A DNA stretch of 63,969 bases, filler included, from Choristocarpus tenellus KU-1152 (taxonomy: Eukaryota; Protista; Phaeophyceae), in NCBI GenBank assembly GCA_964200185.2. It is 6 parts of 6 records of this genome, joined end to end, with 100 filler letters (N's around TTAATTAATTAA, not from the genome) between each part and the next. Parts side by side here need not be neighbours in the genome. Positions count along the whole stretch, not along the records: positions 54,124 to 61,172 come from CAXNAD020006787.1; positions 61,273 to 63,969 come from CAXNAD020025560.1; 4 more parts are not named here. One strand, given 5' to 3'. The position numbers were made by a program, and so were the translations under genes. Below the pieces are notes generated by a model, which saw nothing but the letters and a program-made list of their open reading frames with translations, was not told where the DNA came from and did no database searches. Each line of letters opens with the position of its first letter. Position 1 is the stretch's first letter. Of the stretch, positions 54,412-63,969 are shown piece after piece.

Positions 54412-55167
54412 TGTTGGTATTGACTCATGGATTTTTAATGGAGTAGTACATTCGAATATCCGATTATTAACTGCATTGCAGGAGTTGCTGTGTCATACGT
54501 ATTTAACCGTAGATATATACTTTTAAGGAGTATACCTGGCTACTATAGCAAAGCTCATCAAGAACACCCTTGCCTGTTCAAATATGTTCTACTAGAAAAC
54601 CTTGAATTGGGAGGGAAGAGAGACAACTTTAAGTTTTCTTGGTTGCTTGCAAAGAAGGAGGAGGAGTTCTCCTCTCTCACTCTCTCTATCCTCCTATTCC
54701 AAGGGGCTGCTGCTGGCCTTTGGTTGTCATTTTACGAGTGGTAACTGTATGCATGGTGCCTGGGGCAGTACAGCAGTAAGCGAAGTAAACAAGCTCCAAT
54801 TCAGCCACTTTATGATGTTTTATTGGATTGTACAACCAACGCCCCAAATATCTGTGCTCTCTTGCTTTTCATGCCTTGTACATCCAATAACCTCATTATA
54901 CTTCACTTCTACCCTGACAGTAAACGTTGCATTTCTCGATTCTTGTATCAATCCTAATGGCACACCACCTATATCCATACAGTTGTCTTAGCATACGTTC
55001 TCTCCATTAGTATATGTTTCCTCATGTAATGCCGTAAAATATAAATGTTTTTCCCAGAACGGTGATATTTAGGGCTTGTTTCAACAAATCTAATATAAAA
55101 TGCAAAATGTCAGAGGGCATAATAATATAATATAACAGCACCTGTAATAGCTCCATACGATGCGCTA

Positions 55168-56271
55168 CAGTATTGGCAGTCACCTCTAGGATGATACCAG
55201 TCTTGAATTTACATGACGATCAGCTATCAAATGAAAACTCTTGATCTAAGCTATCGATTTCCGGAAAGGAATTCTTACGGGAAATTATTTTGGTAAGGTT
55301 AAATTTTAACCAAATGTTTTTGACACAACCTTGAAAATGTTCCAGAATGAGTTATCACGACCAAAAATATTTTCCCGAAGGAATTTGCGTAAATCGATAA
55401 CCTAGATCCAGAGCGCTTTCATTTGATACGCTGATCGTCGATTAACTCGTTGGGCAACCTTTAAAAAAAAATCAAGATTGGTCACCGCCAAAACGGTACA
55501 TAGGCTAACCTCAGCTTAATACTGTTTAAGCCACTCAAGGGACACGATTCTGGTTGAGCGTCGTCGAAGACACTGTGTGATATTACCAAAGTACCACTGT
55601 GAATTGAACCCGATAGAGATGGTCTGGGGGCGGGTGAAGCACTATGTACGAGGTCACTGTGACTACATGTTGCCTGGAATGAGAGCCAACATTCCTGTCA
55701 GTCTTAAGAAGGTGGGCTGTCCAGATTAATTGTGGAGAGGCTCTTCAGGTTGAGTATTGCTTACCACCTGATATATTTCAACGAGAAAGGCATGGACGGC
55801 ACCAAATTGGACAGGGTGTAGAAGACATTTAAGTCTCACAGGAGGCCTGCACCTTCAGAATACCTCATTTGACTTTGCATAGATTATCTGGTTCAGAGGC
55901 CTGGGTCACCATGAGTGAGCCTTAGCGAGCAGGTGGCAACATCACATAAACGGGAAATAATGGAAAGAGAATGCAGAGACAACAACGCCCATGTTCTCCG
56001 GGTGAAGATGACCTCTCCAGGCATCAAAATCATCCTTAAATGCGCGGTTCACGCGCGCTGCATAGCATCCCCGCGCAAAACGTGCGCGTGGCCTACTTGA
56101 TTTAATTATGGTCCTGTATTTCTCACGATTACTGGAAGTTGACCAACCGAGAGCCATCAAATATGGTTAAGTATGCTGATGCGATTACAAGAAACGAATT
56201 TTCATGAAAAAAATTGTTGATCAAAAGTTATGGCACAACAAAGTTGATGCAGGAGGCAACTGCCAGCACTG
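55168..56271 (+). mobile_element. non-autonomous Tc1/mariner-IS630-type element (1104 bp) carrying a transposase C-terminal remnant
   Basis: TA TSD on both sides; TIRs CAGTATTGGCAGTCACCTCT / GGAGGCAACTGCCAGCACTG; 55550-55872 encodes HCVILPKYHCELNPIEMVWGRVKHYVRGHCDY..KTFKSHRR with disruptions. Confidence 0.92.
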
Positions 56272-56770
56272 TATCTACCGAATCCATTTTCCACTTATCC
56301 ATCCACTCCACTCCAACAACGTCACACCACCTGTAAGAGCTTTGTACGATGTGTTTGCTACCTATCGAAACTCGCTTCTTCGCTTTTCCTCTCGATATCC
56401 CTTGCCCTCAGCTATCACTTCATATTTATTTAAATATGGTATCCTCACCCCTCCGCCGCCTCCCTCAAATCTGCTTCTTACTCCCTCCATCCACAAGGAA
56501 TCTTTGCCACGACCATTCAGATCTTGCCTCATTTCCCTCTTTGTGATTTAGGTTAAAGTAGTAAGGGGAGAAAATCTGACCTCTGGCACACGGGGTTCGA
56601 ACCCCGGTATTCCCATGGCATATTATAGACGGTTTTCTGTCAACGTTTGCGAAACTCTTGAATTATGATTGTATAGATAAATACTAGGGTAAGGGATATT
56701 ACACCAACCAACCATTCACTCAAATCACCTTGTTCAATGCTAAACAACAACGACCCTAGACGACAACCCA

Positions 56771-59700
56771 ATGGCAGTTATACTCCCAACGCCCGCTGAG
56801 TCAGGACCTATGGATGTGGAAGGGGTGGATAGGGCTGTATCCGCTGCTGATATTGCTCCTGCTGCGTACGCTGAGGCTCGGTCGGACCAGCAAGACGTCG
56901 AGGACGACTTTCAGGTGGAGTAGTGACTCTCGCCACTCTTTGATATGTAAGGCTTATCGAAGAACACCTTACAGGATGACACGCCTATTGATATTGTGAC
57001 ATGATCTTACAAGCGTCGGTTTACTTTGCTTTCAATCACACTTGCAGTAACACTTATCTGAATGTAGATGGAGTAGTGCCTTCAAATCTACCAACATGGG
57101 CGATTATGGGAGTCATGGTCCTGATGTGCTGGCACCAATGAGCATGTTGGGCGTACTGGTGAAGTAAAAGTATAACAAGGCAAGCTAGGGTTGACAGTCC
57201 CTGATGTGAGGTGCATGGGCAACGCTATAGAGTGAGCGCTCGTGAGGGTCTTGATTTACCTCTGTGTTTGGTGCTCTCGTCCTTCGACGGTAAACAAGGT
57301 AAAGTAAGTAATTCTATTTGTAGGTCGTTTACTATTTGCAACGTACTTAATAAAATGATGTGTAAACCACGCTTCCTCGCGGATGTAACAAGGCAAAGCA
57401 AGTTTGTGTGTACCCTCAACTCAGATAAAAGTTAATTTCTTTGTGTGCTATCGAAGTTGCACATCGCCCACAACGTCCCAGTCTACGATGAAACTCCCAA
57501 ACCCCTTCCAGCACCAGTTTGAATCTTCGTGAATGTGTTACAAATATAGTCTCATTGTCAGAACTCAAGATATCACAGAGGTGTATAATATGGTTAATTG
57601 AGTCAAGGATGATCAACATCGACTAATGACCTACCCTCCATTGGCAACAGAACGCATTTTCTACAAACGACCAAATGTGCCTTTTTCAATAGGATTAGTT
57701 GGGGTCAATGTGAGTTATCTGCAAGTCGCAACCGATCAGCTTAAACGTTTACCTGTGGCGCTGTGAGTTGTGAGATGTTCGTTGACGTATCCACCGACAC
57801 ACGATATCTCCGCTCTTTGACCTGTGCCCCTCCATTTCCCCCTGTTTCCGCCGGCAGTTTGACCTGAGGAACTTGCTTGTGGTGAATCCTCACCAGGTAC
57901 GCGTTCTCCTCAGTTATTTAAAAGCTTGACTCTGAGCTTTTTTCGTATCTCGTATCTCCTCCTTGACTTCTGCTTGCCCTCTGACGCCCCTTGAGACGTG
58001 GACCCTGGCAGACGAAATTGCGTAATGTAGGTGTGTAATGTCCATGGCCACTGCTCGATTCCTAATGTCCCATACCCCAATAGACAATGTTGTGACGAGT
58101 AGAGCGCTACATATCACCTTGTGCATATTAAGTTGAAATTAACATGTGCTCATAAGCATAAATTGGTGCCTCATGAATACTGCCTGTATTCTCTTACCTG
58201 CATTGCCTGTTTGATTCAATGCCATTCGAAGTACTCACTTTCTGCAAGTATGACTGAGGAGAGAAAGAAAAAACTGCTCCTATCTCCACTCCTTGCTGTA
58301 GGAAGAAATACTATTTCACTTTAGTCAGTGGGAGTTGGTATAGGGAGTGGCTGTAAATTTGGAAAATCTTTCCTCTTGTCAAAAGTGCGAAATTTCTAGC
58401 ATATTTTTTTTGTAAAAAATCGCACCACCTTTTTTTCTGTGCCGTTTCCCCTGGCAAAGAACAATCACCTTGACATGAGATGTGCACTTGGAGGGTAAAT
58501 GGCATGGCATGTTTTGAGCACCAATTCTGTGCACCACAGCATCATTTTTTTTTTTAATTCTTTATATTTGCTGTATTTTTTTTTGTGTCACTGTACCGTG
58601 TTTGAAGTCTCTACCTGTTGTTGAATTATTTTTGGGTGGTTTTTGCAAGGAGTGTGTTGCATGTTGTGAGGTATTTTGCGCTTGGAGGTCCAATTTTGTT
58701 TGTTTATTTATACTGCCATATGAAAGAATGAAATGTTAATCTTGTTTGTCTCTTTGTTCGTTTGTTTGTCTGTGCTCGCAGGTGGATGAAGAGGAAATGG
58801 TGAAAGGAAAGGAGGTATACCTTCGGAGAGAGGCGCAGATGGGGTTGCAGTCCCTTATAAACAGGCAAGGGGGTGCCTTTCTTACTTTTATTCTTCTTGT
58901 ACTTCTGCTGCCTTTTTTTTTATTGAGAGTATACAGCACTGGGGGAGGACAACGGCCCATGGGTTAGGGTTAGGGTTAGGGTTAGGGTTAGGGTTGGCTA
59001 TATATAGACAGACACCTGTAGAACGAGCTGTCTGAAGAGACAAATTAATGTATTTTCGCTTTTTTTTTGAAAGATGGAGTTTTATCACTTGAGATAGAGA
59101 GGCTCGACCCAGTCCTAGGGCTTGGTATGTGTTGATTGATTCTGGAAAAAGAAAAAGAAGCTATGTTTTGATTGGTGCAATACAATTTGCTGTATTTCAA
59201 ATGGTATCTCTTTTGTGAAATTATAAAATGGTGACCAAGGGTTAGAAAGTCGGTCTAGCATCGACCAATCAGATCAAATATATATGATGTATGGAACATC
59301 AACCAGTGAGGGCAAGAGTTAGCCAATAAGGTATGCCTCTTCCCTCCCCCCACCACGCTACCCCTCGCAAAGAGGTAAGTTGTCCCCGGCGCTGCAAAGG
59401 CAAAATCCACAACGAAGATTGATTCAACTCTTTTTTTGTTTTTAGAAAGGCTCGTTCCTGGACTGCGCTCTCTGGGGTGTATTTTTTTTTATTGGAAGTA
59501 TGGTAGGCGAGGCTTTGTATGTGATGATACCATTCATAATATATACATCTGAGTACATGTTTTGTATCAACAGAACACTCTGCTCTATGTAGAAGATGTA
59601 AGCATTGATTGGTGTTGAATATGTAATTTTAATAATATGATACAATATATATATTTACTTACATTTATGTAGATTTTTTTTTTGTAAATGCTTCGTTTCA

Positions 59701-61172
59701 TTCTCACCCAAATACGACTTCTGTACGATCACTTGTATTTATTTAATATTCATACATTAAATTAATAATAATTATACACTTTTTTTGTGATCTTGGTAAT
59801 TGTGCCAGGTACTAATGGGGAGGCATAGGGGATTTTATGGTAAGGAGGGGGGGGGGGGGAGTTCCCTTAGTAGGCACCTTACGTGTTGTACGAGGTATAC
59901 TGTCATAACAAGATTTGACCCATTGGTTTACCATGAATGCAGTGCTTTATAGAATGGTCTACTTGCCATTTCTTGGTGAGGCCGGGTGTAGATTCCGTTT
60001 ATTTGTTTGCTCTTTGTCAAGTTCTCTCAATTTTTCTTAAAAGTGCATAGAGCAGAGAGAGAGTCTACTTGAAGGGACTCTATGTAAGAAGTGTCGGAAA
60101 CAGGGCGGTGGTGGTGGTTGGGGGCGGGCGGGGGGGTGGTATTGGTTGGTCTGCAAGGAATTGGCTGACTTTGATTGTTGCTGTAAATAAAAAGAGAAGT
60201 TGAACAGAAGAGAGGGATGAACTAAATGCAGTTTGACCATGTGACGGTACGTGCCAACACGTTCATTTTTATGCCATCGGAATGCACTTTTTTGTTGTGT
60301 AAGTTACACTATCCCCGCCAACCATCCTGCTAACCCTAACCCTAATCTTTGCTGACCCTAGATGTTTTTGTTTTTGTGTTGGTGCAGTAGGTTGTGTGTA
60401 CTTACTTAGGGTCTGTGCAACACGAAATGGTGTTGTTGTTGATGTACGTAGTTCAGTAAGCGAAGTAAATACAGCCAAAGAATCAGAGATTCCTGCCATC
60501 GGTATGATGTTATGAGGTATACCGCCAATGTACATGTATACCGTTGACGGTACGTATCGTGGTGCCAAGCAAAGGCCAAATCGGAGGTTCAGCATGACCT
60601 TTAAAAGGTATACCCCCCTGATGGTACATATATTCAATGCTTCATACGGTCAGTGGTTTCTTTCACAGTATGTCATACCATTCATCCGACTCCTATCACC
60701 TCTATCTTTACTTCCCTTTGGGTTCAATCCATGTGTGTGGTTGAATCTTAAAATGAGTATCTTTGATGTTACTTACATCGTTGACTTGAGTGCATCTTAG
60801 CCCCCGCTACGACTATATATTTGTGTGCCTTCAAATAATAGAGGTAACTTGGTGAGCTGATTGTTACATGCAGAAATCGGCATCGCCATTGTTTAGTTTT
60901 GGGGCCAAAGGGTAGGGTTTGATCTCTTCACCTCATTCTTAGTTCCTTGAAGAGGGATGTAGAGTAGCAGCGCTTCGAGTGTGTTGCACATGTATTTAGC
61001 TCACCTATGTCGCCTTTGAACCCTTCCAATGATTATTACAGGAACAAAATTGGATCGGTGATGACCACCCCCAACTAGCCTGGCTTACACATGCGCCCTC
61101 CCTCCCCCCCCCTTTCCCCACTCCAGACTATTCTCACTTCCTACAGAGCCCTCAGAGGTCGGCCCTGTGGCA
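56771..61172 (+). CDS. RRS1: ribosome biogenesis regulatory protein RRS1, 5' part (truncated by the contig end)
   Basis: Phase-compatible exons 56771-56914, 57858-57896, 58782-58864 (GC donor) and 61127-61172+ give ..EDDFQ FDLRNLLVVNPHQ VDEEEMVKGKEVYLRREAQMGLQSLINR LFSLPTEPSEVGPVA, matching the RRS1 N-terminal pattern DLxNL..Q.LIN.LF.LP as I recall it. Confidence 0.8.
58961..58995 (+). repeat. interstitial telomeric repeat (TTAGGG)5+ in RRS1 intron 3
   Basis: GGGTTA x5 plus GGGTT, perfect. Confidence 0.9.
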
Positions 61173-61272
61173 NNNNNNNNNNNNNNNNNNNNNNNNNNNN
61201 NNNNNNNNNNNNNNNNTTAATTAATTAANNNNNNNNNNNNNNNNNNNNNNNNNNNNNNNNNNNNNNNNNNNN
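61173..61272. other. artificial contig linker
   Basis: N44-TTAATTAATTAA-N44. Confidence 0.97.
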
Positions 61273-61293
61273 CCCCCCAAGATACTTTGACCC
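61273..61293. mobile_element. right TIR of a family C MITE at a contig start
   Basis: CCCCCCAAGATACTTTGACCC. Confidence 0.75.
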
Positions 61294-61772
61294 AATCTGT
61301 GACCTGTTGTGACGTCGGTTGCACCGTGTGTACGTAGTGTAATGTCACAGTTTTGTTGGAAGGTGAACATGTTACACAGTGATTAATCCATGACGTGTCG
61401 AGGGTGGATATGCGCAACATTTGTGAGGATGACACTCGCTAGTGTTGAGTACCTCTGAATGTGCTGTTAGCACAGTGCATCCGGATGGCCAACTCTTTTG
61501 TTCGTATGCGGATCTAACTAGTGCATTCCCTGGGTGGGATCATGAGATGTGACCGGATCGTGGGGCATGGCGGTGCTGTTGCTCTCCCACACGGTGATAC
61601 CCAGAAAATGTGTATCAGGATACCTACTGTACATGGAACTGTCGTGAGGAGTTGTCCCTTCTCACATCGAAGAACACCCTTGGTCTGCCGTTTTGTGCGA
61701 GTAACGATGGGAGATATGGGGCGTGTGTCGGTTGTGCACAGCAGAATATGAGAGATCATCCGGGCATCCCTG

Positions 61773-62690
61773 TTAGTGATGAAACGGTTTTCTACATATA
61801 CAGGTGATGTGTTCGCCTGGTGGGGAAGTTTTGTGTGTCACACTGTTGGTGGTTGCGGGAAACGAACTTCCATACCTGTGGGCGGTGCCTTGAGTAAAGT
61901 TGTGAGTGGCGTGTATGTTTGAGCTGGGAGAGAAGCCCCCAGCGTCATCTGCAGCCGATTCGGATGGGCTTGCCTGTTGCCGCATGTCTTGCAAGAATTC
62001 CATGCGTTTTTCGGCGGATGACCTAAGTGTGTCGATGCTGATGTCGTACTTTGTTGCTGTGACAGACAGATGTGGTTGAAACGTGGAGGTCATCCCGTCA
62101 TCGCCTATTTCGACATCAGGAGCGATGCCGACGAGGACACATTTGTTTACCTGGTGCGTATGTTCGGTGCTAAGATCTTTCTTTACACATTGGAGGAATA
62201 TGTAAACCTGGAGATCAGGCGTTGACTCGCGTTGTTCCCGATCCAACACAACTCGCAGTGCACTTGCCAACGGTGCAAATCTGCTCTTCTCATCGAACAA
62301 CCAAGAGGCAAGGTCGTTCCAATTGCGGCCGCTTCCTTCCATCTCTTCTGAGCTATCGTGGTTGATAAACATGGAGAGGAAGAGGTCCATTATCTGGTCC
62401 GTTTTGGATTTCTTCCATGAACGGGCAGCACTGGTGGTCTTGGGCAGTCTCTTTAGTCCCCGTCTCCTGAGTGCGCTCCAAAAGAGGTCATGATGTAAGT
62501 TGGGTGGGTTTGTTTCCTTTGACACTAGTGATCGATCCTCATCATGCGAACACGAGTAATACTGCATTTTTCTTCGGGGAAAGGTGCTCGCGCGTAATGT
62601 TTGGTCACAAGGTGCTCCACGGAAAAGGTCCGTGGTGGATGACACCCCACTTTGAGAGCATGGAGAAGGGTGTGTTAGACTCATCAACAA
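61773..62690 (-). CDS. long uninterrupted ORF (305 codons) of unknown origin, probably a degenerate mobile-element gene
   Basis: Longest ORF in the window, with protein-like composition in its central part (LFWSALRRRGLKRLPK..WNDLASWLFDEKSRFAPLASALRVVL..VNKCVLVGIAPD). No family recognised. Confidence 0.35.
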   Translation of the reverse strand: MLMSLTHPSPCSQSGVSSTTDLFRGAPCDQTLRASTFPRRKMQYYSCSHDEDRSLVSKETNPPNLHHDLFWSALRRRGLKRLPKTTSAARSWKKSKTDQIMDLFLSMFINHDSSEEMEGSGRNWNDLASWLFDEKSRFAPLASALRVVLDREQRESTPDLQVYIFLQCVKKDLSTEHTHQVNKCVLVGIAPDVEIGDDGMTSTFQPHLSVTATKYDISIDTLRSSAEKRMEFLQDMRQQASPSESAADDAGGFSPSSNIHATHNFTQGTAHRYGSSFPATTNSVTHKTSPPGEHITCICRKPFHH

Positions 62691-63858
62691 CCGAAACTGC
62701 CCCGACTAGATTCTCCTGAAAATGTGTGCGTCGCATATGTGGTCAATTGTGAGCCACATGCAAAAGGTTACCAAAACGTACGATGAAGCATGTAGGACGA
62801 AGTGACTGGGGATAGTTTGTCGAACGGTACAAAGTGTGTTTTCGTACGAATTTCTGTTGGGAAGCACTTGACAGGTGCACGGTGGGTGTCGCCCCTGACA
62901 CCATTAGCTCATGTATGTATCACAATTGACGTGTTCTGACGAACGGTAAACTAATGTGTACCATGGATTTTGTGGAAGCAATACTGAACGTTACATGTGA
63001 TGTGGGTCAACACATAGCCCCACATGCGCATACCATCGTATGCGCCCCTTGCTCTATGAGGGATAGGAGATAGCGATTGAGGTTTGTGGTGAGTCCAGGA
63101 CGATGGTTTGGGGGTGTGTGGCTCGAAAACGTTGGTATGTCGACCGCGGCAACTTTCGCCACACTTTCTTGTGGAACAACGTTCGGCAAAAATGAAATGA
63201 TGTGTGTGACTTGAAATAGGTTTTATATGGACAGCCGCAATGTTTGCTGTACTTTGACGAACGGTAAAGTACGACAAAGTATGACATGAGGCGAGCAGAT
63301 GAAGGAAGGGCGAAACATGATTCGGTATTATTTCATTAACTTGTAAGGGTGAGAGAGAGTGTCAGAGTTGGGGCATAGGGTTAGGGTCAGGACAGGTGCT
63401 ATGGTTGGGATTGGAAACGGAAACCGTAAGGAACATCGTTTGGTTCCGATATGTATCGGAACGAGGATATCGGAGCACACGAACTTCGTCGATAGGTTTC
63501 GTTCAGCTCTTTATGGGAGGAGGTGTGCGTCACCGGTTCGGAACTACGGCGGAACTAGTGAATACCACGTCTCTCGGATTTCGATGCAAATGTGTGATTC
63601 CGGAAGGGTATGGTGACCAGATGCTTCGCTATGCCTATTCTTCAAGTGCTAATCCCCCATTGAGGCAATTACAGAACACACGGGCCACATTGGAGTGTGT
63701 CTCGCTGCGACCAGACGTGGTCTTGCCTTTGGGATGTCCTGGGGTCTACCCCTCCGAAGTCCATGAGTTCAGTCCCGTTGTTAGAGAGAGATCCCCTAGT
63801 GACTGGCAGGTCGTCATCGTACATCTGCAGTGCGACGGATGTGGTCCCCTTGAACAAC

Positions 63859-63969
63859 GAGTGAAAGTATCTTAGAGGGTACGAGTTTTGCCTTGTTTGT
63901 CCATTTGGGGCTTGACTTCCCATGTTTAAAAAAAAAGATATTTTCCTACTCCAAAATGTATAGGAGTAG
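63859..63969. mobile_element. MITE family A, cut by the window end
   Basis: GAGTGAAAGTATCTTAGAGGGTACGAGTTTTGCC... Confidence 0.9.

Noticed and set aside
58961-58995. TTAGGG array as a chromosome end
   Set aside because: Only about 6 units with unique sequence on both sides, inside an RRS1 intron.

Overview
Eukaryotic nuclear DNA, most likely from a flagellated photosynthetic stramenopile (brown alga or relative). This is inferred from stramenopile-type H2B and H3, intron-rich genes, a flagellar central-pair gene and TTAGGG repeats. The window is not one contiguous locus: six contigs are joined by artificial 100-bp N44-TTAATTAATTAA-N44 linkers, so adjacency across them is unproven. Contents: (1) the 3' part of a roughly 19-exon DLEC1/CFAP81 gene (+, 863-18931), followed by a weakly supported multi-exon gene on the minus strand. 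(2) A transposon graveyard holding a degenerate transposase-like gene with a CxCxxC motif and Tudor-like modules, a 5'-truncated Ty1/copia element (RT, RNase H, PPT, 3' LTR) and two deleted Tc1/IS630-type elements. (3) A complete five-gene histone cluster H1(-), H2A(-)/H2B(+), H4(-)/H3(+). Every gene, including the two-intron H1, ends in a metazoan-style 3' stem-loop followed by a purine-rich HDE-like motif, and three of the five loops are 5 nt rather than 4 nt. The cluster appears to be decaying: H2A has a TGA at codon 5, and H4 and H3 carry 12 substitutions at near-invariant residues, 7 of them CpG transitions. (4) The 5' part of RRS1. (5) About 20 copies or fragments of related G..C-terminated MITE families sharing an AAAGTATCT TIR core, which produce both 3-bp and 4-bp TSDs and nest in each other. 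All gene models and family assignments were made by eye and need database confirmation.
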